Positions 1 to 10,000 of a DNA stretch of 58,548 bases are shown piece after piece. Within the stretch, counting starts at the first letter, position 1. The number at the start of each line of letters is the position of its first letter. The notes beneath the pieces are model-generated. The model was not told the DNA's origin. It was given only the letters and a program-made list of their open reading frames with translations, and did no database searches. A program made the position numbers and the translations under genes. Source of the stretch: a virus (taxonomy: Duplodnaviria > Caudoviricetes); the IMG/VR virus record IMGVR_UViG_3300045855_000047, positions 1-58,548 of that record, one strand, 5' to 3'.

Positions 1-195
1 TCGCAATATCTGTATCGAACTGTGCGTTGGCGTGTTGAATACTGGAATGGATCTGCCTGGATTACCAGCGGGGCATTCACAACTGTGAACCTGGGCGCCG
101 ATACGGCTGCAAGTGCCACCAGTACGGCAACCTTCGCGTTTCCGAGCCCAGGGGCCTGGCAGTTCCGCATTTATGCTGAGGCCTACGATACCAAT
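1..195 (+). repeat. Terminal direct repeat, copy 1 (circular-assembly overlap)
   Basis: 1-195 matches 58354-58548 except one base (128 C vs 58481 A). Unit genome length is 58353 bp. Confidence 0.97.
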
Positions 196-765
196 GGATC
201 AGTTTTTGGATCCACGTCTTACACGGCTGGCAGCGCCACAATAACCCACTCTGGGGCATCGTCCCATACGACTTACTCCACGGCTGGTGGTAGTGTGTCG
301 TACACCCATACCTATAACAATGGCACATATACGCCAACGGCGCCGGCGCAGCTGGATCCAGTAAATACCTACAGCACTGTCTACTCTTACGCCTACCAGG
401 CTTCTGGTGGTAGTGGGTTTGCATTCGGCCAGGGCCGGGTTACAGATCCAAATGGGCAGAGCTATGACACTGGCAGCACCCGCACAAACATAACGCTATC
501 GGGCTCTGCAACAAAAACCAAGGTTTCAAACACTGATGCAAACTTGTCATTCACCTTATTTGCTGATGGTTGGACTGGTAGCAGTGCTGCGGGTAGTGCC
601 TACGTCAATGCCATAAGCGCAGTAACAACCGTCAAGTTGCGTACACCATCATCCAATAGCACCACGCCTTCCAACAACTTCACCTTTGGCTCCTACGGCT
701 ACTCGCTGTCCACAGCCACAGTTCTGGCTACAGGTTCACTGAACTGGATCGCCATCGGGGACTAG
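1..765 (+). CDS. C-terminal part of the long tail fiber/host-specificity protein that starts at 53854 and wraps the origin
   Basis: Same frame as 53854 across the terminal repeat. S/T/G/Y-rich beta-type sequence ending WIAIGD, typical of fiber C-termini. Confidence 0.85.
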   Translation, partial: SQYLYRTVRWRVEYWNGSAWITSGAFTTVNLGADTAASATSTATFAFPSPGAWQFRIYAEAYDTNGSVFGSTSYTAGSATITHSGASSHTTYSTAGGSVSYTHTYNNGTYTPTAPAQLDPVNTYSTVYSYAYQASGGSGFAFGQGRVTDPNGQSYDTGSTRTNITLSGSATKTKVSNTDANLSFTLFADGWTGSSAAGSAYVNAISAVTTVKLRTPSSNSTTPSNNFTFGSYGYSLSTATVLATGSLNWIAIGD

Positions 766-778
766 CGTGGCAAGCATG
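766..778 (+). promoter_or_regulatory. Late-gene motif CGTGGCAAGCATG, copy 1
   Basis: Identical 13-mer at 766, 3986, 35852 and 42823, each just after a stop codon and before a virion gene. Confidence 0.7.
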
Positions 779-793
779 GCAGCATCCAAAAGC

Positions 794-1285
794 ATGAAAA
801 ACACCCTGGATGAGAAAATTTCGCAGGTACTGCGGGGCTATGTCCCTGCGGTGGAGTGCTTTCTCCTGCTTCGCGACATTCTGCACTTTTGGGATGATCT
901 GATCGACCGGGACCATGCGCTGGCTGATGCTCACATCCATGAATCCATGTTCAAGGTACTGATTTCACTGCCGAGCAATGAGTTCTACCGCAAGTACCAG
1001 GATCTGCTGCAGCCGGTGTTGATCAATGCCATAGCCAATTGGCGCGCAGCCAACCAGTTCGAGGGCCATGGCGATAACCGGGCCTTGCAACTGGCCTTCG
1101 TTATCCGCTCCGACTACGCCAACATTCTGATCCAGATGGCCTACATCGTGGGCGGGCATGACTGGCTGATGGAGGTCACACCGACTATCCGTGCGATGTG
1201 GACCGAAGAAGATTTTGAAGCCTACCTAACCAACCTTGAGCGCGAAAAGTGCGCTCGCCTATCGGGAGAAAAGCATGTGCTGTGA
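794..1285 (+). CDS. Hypothetical protein with DDxxD motif (isoprenoid synthase/prenyltransferase-like fold, tentative)
   Basis: All-helical-looking ORF with WDDLIDRD. Start could be 776 or 794. Confidence 0.6.
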   Translation: MKNTLDEKISQVLRGYVPAVECFLLLRDILHFWDDLIDRDHALADAHIHESMFKVLISLPSNEFYRKYQDLLQPVLINAIANWRAANQFEGHGDNRALQLAFVIRSDYANILIQMAYIVGGHDWLMEVTPTIRAMWTEEDFEAYLTNLEREKCARLSGEKHVL

Positions 1286-2321
1286 ATCTGGGGGCAGTTC
1301 TAGCTCCGCACCACCTCCTGATCCCGCCCTTGTTGCGGCGCAGATCAAGTCCATGGGGATTCAGGATGAGTCCATTGGCCAGATCATGGACATGGCCAAG
1401 AGGATGGCCCCGCTGCAAGAGCAGCAAATGCAGTTTGGCCTGGACTCTGCCAAGACCGCCTATGACCAGTCGCAGGAAGATCGCACGTGGATGCTGGGGC
1501 GCCGGGGCATTCTTTCCGGTGCGCAGGATACGATGGTGGCCGACGCAGCCAACTTCAATACTGAGGCCAAGCGTGAAGAGCTTGCCGGCAAGGCCACGGC
1601 CGATGTCAATAGTTCGTTTTCTTCTGCCCGGGACCAGGCCATGCGCGGACTGGATCGCCGTGGTGTCAATCCGGCCTCAGGTGCTGCTGGTGCGATTGAT
1701 GGCCAGCTTACCCTGGCCCAGGCCGCAGCCGGCGCGGGCGCTGCCAACAACGCGCGCACCCAGGCCCGGGCCGAGGGCAGGGCGCTCAATGACAAGGTGG
1801 TTAACTCCCTGGCGGGCTATCCAGCCATGGCTGCAGGCGAAACTACAACCGGCGCAGGCCTGGGTACAACTGGCCTGGGCATAGCCAATACGGCTCTGGC
1901 TGGTTTGAATGCAGGGTCAACGTCTGCGGCAACCATCGCCGGTTCTATGGGTACCAACGCGACACAGATGTTTGGTGCTCAGGGCCAGTACAAGAATGGC
2001 CAGGACAATGTGAACCAGGGTGATAGCGCAGCTACAACTATGGGCGGGATTGGTGGCTTGCTGGGTGGTGCAGCGAAGCTAGCCCCCGTATTTGGCTTCT
2101 CTGATCCTCGCCTGAAAGACAACATTGTGTTGGTCGGCAAGGACGAGGCTACCGGCCTTAACCTGTACGAGTTCAACTACATCACCAATCCGCGCATGCG
2201 ATTCCGTGGCGTGATGGCTGATGAAGTCCTTGCATACATGCCTGCCGCTGTCGTCAAAACGACTGATGGATACCTGGCGGTGGATTACAGCCTAATTGGC
2301 ATTGAAATGGTGGAGGTCTAA
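1275..2321 (+). CDS. Internal virion/ejection protein with C-terminal S74-type intramolecular chaperone domain
   Basis: GGAG RBS then ATG at 1275 (MCCESGGSS). Ala/Gly/Gln-rich body. C-terminal SDPRLKDNI...GVMADEV...GYLAVDY motif. Confidence 0.75.
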   Translation: MCCESGGSSSSAPPPDPALVAAQIKSMGIQDESIGQIMDMAKRMAPLQEQQMQFGLDSAKTAYDQSQEDRTWMLGRRGILSGAQDTMVADAANFNTEAKREELAGKATADVNSSFSSARDQAMRGLDRRGVNPASGAAGAIDGQLTLAQAAAGAGAANNARTQARAEGRALNDKVVNSLAGYPAMAAGETTTGAGLGTTGLGIANTALAGLNAGSTSAATIAGSMGTNATQMFGAQGQYKNGQDNVNQGDSAATTMGGIGGLLGGAAKLAPVFGFSDPRLKDNIVLVGKDEATGLNLYEFNYITNPRMRFRGVMADEVLAYMPAAVVKTTDGYLAVDYSLIGIEMVEV

Positions 2322-3977
2322 ATGGCTAAACGTGGTGGCTTCAACGATTTCATTTCTGCCTTTAATCAGGGCTTTGATACCGTCAACAAGATCGGCAAGG
2401 ACTACGAGATTTCCAAGCTGATGCAGGATAAGGGCACGGCCGTCTATAACCCTGACCAAGTAGACCAGCGTGCCGCCATTGAGGGCGCCGTTGATGCCGA
2501 TGGCAAACCCATGTATTCAGTGGATACCACGGCGGATGGGCAAACGCGGGTGCAAAGCAATCTGCCTGCTGACGATGGTACGCAACCGGCTCCATTCAAC
2601 ATTGCGGCCAATGGCACCCAGTTCATGGGCAAGACTGTTGACCATCCGATGACAGATGTGGAGAAGGCCTCTACTCGCAATATGGCAATGTCCGGCATCA
2701 TGGCTAAGTATGGTGATGCTGAGGGTGCAATGCGCTTTCAGGATAGTGCCCTGGCTATGCAGCGCGGAGCCAAGCAGGATGCCCAGGGTGACCAGCGTTT
2801 TGCGTGGGACAAGAGCCGGGCCGAGCGCGATCAGCGCCAAGGTGACCAGACTGAGGCTGATCAAAAGGTCATGCGCGATGTCGATCAAAAGACAGGCGAA
2901 TGGTTTAAGGGTCGGCTGACAAACCCCGATGGCACTGAGCGCGCCCCCACGATGGACGACCACCTGGCCGCAAGCCAGTACCGCGCAGGCCAGCTTACCG
3001 AGGCCGGCAAGGTGGAGGCCGCAGGCAAAGCTATTGCTGAACACAACTCTCAGGCGCTGATCAAGATCCAACTGGAAACCGCCCAACGCGACCAGGATCT
3101 GGCCAAGACTTCATCTGCGCTATCTGCTGGTGATTTGAATGCCGTGAAGGACTTCTACAACAAGTACGTGCCGGACGGTGCCAAGGTGGTGGCTGTCACG
3201 CGGGACGATAAAGGACAGATCAGCATCCAGCGCGAAACCATGGACGGTAAACCCATGCCGCCCACGGTAATGAAGGACACCGGCCAGCTTGCCAGTGCAC
3301 TTGCATCGTTCAAGGATCCGCTGGCGCTCTACAACTGGACGCAAAACGAGTTCAAAAACAACCTGCTGACCAATGCCGATAAGCGCGGTGAAAAGCAACT
3401 GAATTTGGAAGGTGAGCGCGTGAGCATCGCCCGCGATGCAGCGAATACCACCAAGGCCGATACCGAAGCCCTGCGCACTGCTGGCGCTGCCTACGAAAAG
3501 GCACGCCAGGCTGGCGACCAGACTGGAATGAATGCGGCCACGCTGGAGATGATCAAGGCAGGCGGCGTCAACCCGGGCGCAGCCAGTGCCAATGATCCGG
3601 CCGAGGTCAAGCTGGCCAGGGCCATGATGCAGGCTGGCATGGCCACGGATATGAAGGGTGCTCTGGAAATGGCAATTTCCAAGAAGGGCCAGTCGGCTGA
3701 CGAAATGCATAAGGCATTTGTTGAGGCGGGCATCAAGAACATGAGTTCTGCTGAGGACTCGGTAAAGAAGGCCGACGATGTGATGGGCGCCATGGGCTTC
3801 AAGAAGGTAAGCGGGCGCTGGACCCAGACCGCAGGCGCGGGCGCGCCGGCAACACCTACCAAACCGGCAAATGAAGCGGATGCTCAAACACAGGCCAAAG
3901 CGGCCATAGCTGGTGGCGCTGATAAGGCGGCAGTCAATGCACGCCTGAAAACTCTGGGATTCAAGCCCATCGACTGA
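2322..3977 (+). CDS. Internal virion/ejection protein
   Basis: 551-aa helical Ala/Gln/Asp-rich ORF, GGAGG RBS, lies between an ejection protein and the giant protein. Confidence 0.7.
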   Translation: MAKRGGFNDFISAFNQGFDTVNKIGKDYEISKLMQDKGTAVYNPDQVDQRAAIEGAVDADGKPMYSVDTTADGQTRVQSNLPADDGTQPAPFNIAANGTQFMGKTVDHPMTDVEKASTRNMAMSGIMAKYGDAEGAMRFQDSALAMQRGAKQDAQGDQRFAWDKSRAERDQRQGDQTEADQKVMRDVDQKTGEWFKGRLTNPDGTERAPTMDDHLAASQYRAGQLTEAGKVEAAGKAIAEHNSQALIKIQLETAQRDQDLAKTSSALSAGDLNAVKDFYNKYVPDGAKVVAVTRDDKGQISIQRETMDGKPMPPTVMKDTGQLASALASFKDPLALYNWTQNEFKNNLLTNADKRGEKQLNLEGERVSIARDAANTTKADTEALRTAGAAYEKARQAGDQTGMNAATLEMIKAGGVNPGAASANDPAEVKLARAMMQAGMATDMKGALEMAISKKGQSADEMHKAFVEAGIKNMSSAEDSVKKADDVMGAMGFKKVSGRWTQTAGAGAPATPTKPANEADAQTQAKAAIAGGADKAAVNARLKTLGFKPID

Positions 3978-3985
3978 CCGGTTAG

Positions 3986-3998
3986 CGTGGCAAGCATG
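3986..3998 (+). promoter_or_regulatory. Late-gene motif CGTGGCAAGCATG, copy 2
   Basis: Exact copy in the intergenic gap before the giant gene. Confidence 0.7.
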
Positions 3999-4030
3999 GG
4001 AGAGTTGCCGGGTCTTATTTGGAGATCCGC

Positions 4031-7000
4031 ATGGGCGCTTTTGACGACTTGATTCCGGCTTCTGGTGGCGGTGGTGCTTTTGATGACCTGGTACCGCAAA
4101 AACGCGAGGAGTCTGGGGGGGCCAAGGCGCTGCGCTTGGCTGATGCAACTTACAAGGCTATTGGTTCCGGGCTCATTAAGGGCTCTGCTGACCTGGCCTC
4201 TGGCATTGGCAACGCCTCAATCGATCCTTCATCTTTTGCGATGTCCACCATCCTGGGTGGTGTAGCTGCTGCCGACCGTGGCGTTACAGCCGTTGGGAAT
4301 TGGGTTTCACCAGGTAGCGCAACCCCGAGCGAGGGGATCCAGCAGACCGCGCAGGATGCTGCCGCATTCGCTGCGGCCGAGCGCGAAAAGGCAATCCAGC
4401 AGGCACGCATGCGCCAGGGCAACGACTTCAAGAATGACCTGGTGAAGATGGGCGTTCAGGTGCGCGATGCGGGGCGCACGGTGTCTGGCGCCATGCAGGA
4501 CTTCGACCAGAACAACAACCCCACGTTGACCGAGCAGAGCAAGGCCATCAACGATGCGACCGGCTTTGTGGATACCACTAAGGCCATGTTCAACAACCCG
4601 GTTGGCACTATCAACCAACTGTCCAACTCTGCCCCGGGCATGGCCGCAGGCCTGGGTCTATCACGTGCTGCCTCCATGGCGCGCATGGCTGGACTGGAAG
4701 CTGGTGCTGGAGCCACTGCCATCGAGGCGGCAAAGGTGAAGGCTATTTCATCAGCCAGCACTGCCGGCGCCGTGTCTGAGGCTGCACAAGCTGCCATTCA
4801 GGACCGCGAGAGCGTTTATCAACAGGTGGCGGGTACTCCATTCGACCAACTGGCCGAGAAGTCCCCACGCTTCAATGAAATTGTGGCCAAGGTGGGCGAC
4901 CAGGCCCGGGCCCGCCAGATCCTGGCAAACGAACTGGCCGACCAGGTGACCCTGGGCGCCGGCGTTGTCACTGGCCTTGGCACCATCGGTGTGAACAAGC
5001 TGTTTGGCGGTGACACCACGGCCAAGATTGTCAGCGGCCTGGAGAAAACCACGGCCAAGACTGCCGCAAAGGATGTGCTGCAGGAGGGTGTGGAGGAAAC
5101 GCTGCAGGGCGTTCCCGAGGATCTGGTGCAGCACGGCGCACTGAGTCAGGCCGACAAGGACAAGAAGCTGGATCTGGGTGGATCTGCCGCGCAAAACTTC
5201 TGGGCTGGCGCGCTGATGGCCTCGCATGGCGCTGGCGGCTCGTACATAAAGGACAAGATTGCCGACTACAAGGATGGTAAAGCGGCCACTCCACCGGCTG
5301 ATCCGCTAGACCCAAATCCGAGCTCCGCGACTCCCAATACACCGCCTCCATCTGCCCCGGCTGGCGCTGCTGCCACGCCCGAAGTTTCAGCCGCTGAGAA
5401 GGCCTTGATCACACCGGTAGAGCTCACCAGCCTGGACCGGGTGAATTCCATTGGTACCGAGCTTGAAGGGTTGCAGGCGCGCCAGCAGGAACTGGCACCG
5501 GGCGGCGCCTATGGTCCGATGTTCGACCAGGAGCGCACCGAAGTCGCTACCAAGATCGCGGAACTGAGCCAGGAGCGTGCCGACCTGTCCAAAGACTGGG
5601 CGAAACCGGTATTTGGAAATGCAACAACGGTAACCCTTCCGAGTGGCGCTGTTGTTGCTGCACATTGGGCTGTTATTGATGCTGGCGAGGCACTTCCAAG
5701 CCATGACATCAATCTGAAATCCAATGACAGCTACGACAAATCTCTACAGCCAAGGGATCGCGGAGAACGCCATGGGTACGAATTGCAAATCGCTGGCATT
5801 GTCCAGAGATACAACCCGGCAATGCTTGATGAATCCCCACTGGCGGGCATGGGTGCGCCAACGATGCGCATGGATGGATCGGTTATTGATGGAAACGGAA
5901 GGGAAATTGCAACGCAGCGGGTTTATCGTGCCAATGGACAAAAAGCTGCGGAACTTCGCGCTTATGTGAGTGCGAACTCTGATCGCAAGGGCATTCCTCC
6001 TGAAGCCTTTTTGCACAAGGCAAACCCGCAGTTTGTGAGGGTGATCGACCACATTCCCGGGTTCAATTACGGAGAATTTGCGAAACAAGCCAATGAGTCG
6101 GTAATGGCACCGATGTCGCCCAGCGAAACCGCCAAGTCGGATGCCAACCGCATCGACACCATGGAGGATCTGAAAGCTGACGATAACGGTGATTTCTCCA
6201 ATGCCGCCTCGCAGCCGTTCATTCGCCGCTTCATGGCCCGCCTGCCCGCCACAGAGCAGGCCGGGATGATCGACGCCAGCGGCGCGCTATCCACCACCGG
6301 CTATGCCCGGGTGCGCAATGCTGTGCTGGCCAAGGCCTACGGTGATTCGCCAGTGCTGGCCCGCATGACCGAGAGCATGGACGATAACCTGCGTAATGTG
6401 AGCAAGGCCCTGCTGCTGGCTGCACCCAAGGTGGCGCAGATGCGCGAGGCCGTGGGCGCCGGCAACCGCTTTGATGCCGACATCACGCCGGACCTGATGG
6501 GCGCTGTCGAGGAACTGTCCCGCCTGAAAGAGAAGGGCACATCCGTCGAGGATGCACTGGCCCAGGCTGGCATGTTTGGCGATGACCAGCCCCAAGAGGT
6601 CAAGGATCTGCTGCGCTTCCTGTCGGAGAACCTGCGCCGGCCGCGCAAGATTGCCGACTTCATCACCGCCTATATGGAAGCCCTGGATGCTGCCGGTGAC
6701 CCGAACCAGGGCTCACTGCTGGGTGACGTGCAAGCGCCCACCAAGGGAGAACTTTTAACCGCTGCCAAAAGGAGCCAAGATGCTGCCGGACCAACCAACA
6801 CCACGACTGCCACGGACACCCAGCGGGCAGACTCTGCAAAAAACCCGCAAGATGGTGTTGCGCCTCAAGGCCGACCAGAAAATGCGCAGAACGATCAAGG
6901 CGGCACTGGCCGCGATGGGTCTGCCCAAGGATCCGATACCCGACTCAGCCGCCAACGGAATAGCGCCCCTGTAGGCGAAGCCTCCGAGTGGGTTAACTTT

Positions 7001-10000
7001 CCCAAGGATTCCGGCACTATCGGCATTCCCCGCGCGGATATGCCCCAGATCAAAGGGGAGCATCGTGGCGCGCTGATTCAGTTCCTGCAAGCACGCGGCA
7101 TCGAGCACAAGACCAAGGAAATCCCGGCCGCTGACTTGAAGCCCACGCAAGCTGAGTTCTCCACCAAGAAGGCCGCGCGCTGGAGTGAGGTGCGTGATGG
7201 TGTGGACCGTTCCGTGCTGGTGTCCAAAGATGGCCATATTCTGGATGGGCACCACCAGTGGGTGGCGGCGCTGGCCGCGAATGAGCCGGTCAAAGCCATC
7301 GTGTTGAACGCTCCGATTCGTGAGCTCATGGCCAACGTGTTCCAGTTCCCCAGCGTCAAGCAGTCAGGGGATTCTGCAAGTGCATCCGAGGCGGACGGCC
7401 GCGCTAAGCCGCGCGAGGACTTCAAGCAGGCTATGGCCGAGCTTGCTGACCTGGTGGCCGACAAGCTGGGCACTCGCGTGATGATGATGCCGTCCGGCGA
7501 TCCCAAGATCATGGCCGTGCTGATCAAGCTGTTCGACTCTGCCATTCGCGTGGTGGGTACCGACTTGAAGGCCGCAACCAAGTGGGTGAAGGCGCAACTC
7601 AAGGGCATGCCCGAGACAAAGCCCTACTGGAACAAGATCACCGACAAGGACTATTCTGCTGCCGCCATGGCTGCGCTGGAGCAGCAAGCCACGGCGCATG
7701 TGGATGATCTATTCTCTGCTGCAGAAAAGAGCCAGGCCGATCTGTTCAGCAACGAGCCGGCCGCGCCCAAGGTGGCCATGATCGACGGCCGGGCCTATGA
7801 CTACACCTTTAAGACCGGGGATAACTTCAACCCGCCAAGCGTCAGTGACTTCTTGCCAGATAAAGAAGTCAAATTGGCTGATGGCCTGGTGGCCAAATAC
7901 TATTCCAATAAGCCAGAGGTCAAACTTGCGGCCGATATACTAGCGCGCGGTGAAAAGCTGATCCAGCCGTTCATTGACAAGGCCAATTTGGTCAAGTCGG
8001 AATATGACCAGAAGATTATCGACATTGCCACGCGTACCAAGGCTATCGGGCAATTGCTTGCTCCCATCAAGAGCACCAAACGTGCAGTTGAAAAAATGCA
8101 CGATGATGCGATTGAGAAGAATCGAGAAATGCGCGCTGATGATGTGAAGGACTTGCTGCGCGCCACCATTGTCGTATCACGGTATGAGGACGCCCAGGCA
8201 GTCATCAATGAAATCGGCAAAGAATTCAAAATCCTGCGCACGAAAAATAGAACTGAAACCGACTTCATTCAAGCCAAGGCGGAAGGCCGCAAGGGTACCG
8301 GCGGATATTCTGATGTGTTGGTTAACGTACAAATGCTCGATGGCACAGTCGCTGAAATACAGGTCAATATTCCTGAAATGTTGGCTGCAAAAGAAGGCCC
8401 TGATAAGCAGGGCCAGGGTCACAAGCTATTTGAAGCAGCTAGGGAGCAAAAAACTACAAATCCTGCTCTGTATGCTGAGATTTATGAAGCCATGGAAGGC
8501 TTCTACGATGCTACGTTCTTGGCAGCCCAGTCGCGTGCATTGGATGCCGCAGCCAAAAATCCTTTGGGATCATCAGTAAACCCCAATGCACGCGATGGTA
8601 AGTCCTTGATGCCAGGGCAAGGTATCAATGAGTCCCCATCGTCGGACAGCTTGAACCAGGAACCATCTGGGAAACAGACAAAATCATCACCATCCGAGTC
8701 TCCGGAAAACTTGCAACCTGGGGGGAAAACTTCTGGAACTTTCATATCAAACTCCAATACAGATAGTGTAGCGAAAAAAACCGAAAACGGATATAGTCAG
8801 AGCAATCTTTTTGGGGAAAGCAATGGGAATGATACAGACGGTGGAACTGGCTCTCAAGGAAAAGGCGCCGGCGCTGTATCAGCAGCTGGCCGCAAGCGGG
8901 GCACTCAAGGCCCACGTGAGGGATCTAGCGGAGCAGATCAACGCGGAGACGGTACGCCTGGTGCAGGAGGACCGTCGCAAGAATCACTGGGACAAACTGG
9001 GACCGATGGAACTGGCGGGAAAACTGAAAATGTCGGACGCACTCAATCAAGAGCGCGCGATGGCGGACCTGCTGGAGTTCCCGCAGGACGAGACATCCCC
9101 GCAAAGTCTGGGCTAAATTACGAGTTTGGACCTGATGACCTGACCTATGAAGGTTCATGGGTAAAGAAGGCCGCGCAAAACGTCGACGCAGTTGAATTGC
9201 TGGTGAAGCTGGAGGCCGAAGGGCGCCAGGCTACCAAGGACGAGCAGACTGTGCTGGCCAAGTTCGTCGGTTGGGGATCATCCGAAGTGGCCAATGCCAT
9301 CTTTGGTACGGCCGGCGACAAGAACGAGTCCAAGATCAAGGCCTTTAATCTGGCGAAGGCTGCGATTGAAAACAGCGCCAGCATCAGCTACAGCAACCCG
9401 AACTACTGGACCATCAAGGCCGTGCTGGATCAGGTTGGCCGGGCGCGCGTGCCATACCGATCTGACATCGATTCGGCATTCATCAGCCCCAAGAATTTCG
9501 GCCTGGAGTCCAGCGACATCAAGTATGGTGACCTGCGCGCACGCCTCAAGGCGGTAATGTCAAAAGATGAGTGGGCCGAGGCTTCGCGCTCTACCCAGTA
9601 CGCGCACTACACCAGCCGCGCCATCGTCACCTCCATGTATAAGGCCCTGGATCGCATGGGTTTCAAGGGCGGCGCCATGCTGGAGCCAGGCGCTGGCATT
9701 GGGGTATTCCCCGGCCTGATGCCTGCAGCCATGGCGGCAAACACTGCCTATACCGGCATCGAGTTCGATTCGATCACTGGGCGCATCCTCAAGCAGCTGT
9801 TCCCCGATGAGCGCATCCTGGTCGAGTCCTTTGTGGATTCCAAGCTGCCCAAGAATTTCTATGATGTGGCCGTTGGTAACCCGCCGTTTTCCGGCACCCA
9901 GATCCTGGGTGATCCTGAATACCAGAAACACGCTTTCAACCTGCACGACTACTTCTTCGCCAAGTCCATTGATCGTGTGAAACCCGGTGGCCTGGTGGTC

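Noticed and set aside
1-195. Biological terminal repeat of the virion DNA
   Set aside because: It falls mid-gene and far from the terminase genes, so it is more simply an assembly overlap of a circular or permuted genome.
22-765. Stand-alone 247-aa gene as listed in the ORF track
   Set aside because: It is the in-frame continuation of the gene starting at 53854.
766-783. Sigma-54 promoter reading of the TGGCA-containing motif
   Set aside because: The GG-N10-GC spacing is not met in any of the four exact copies.
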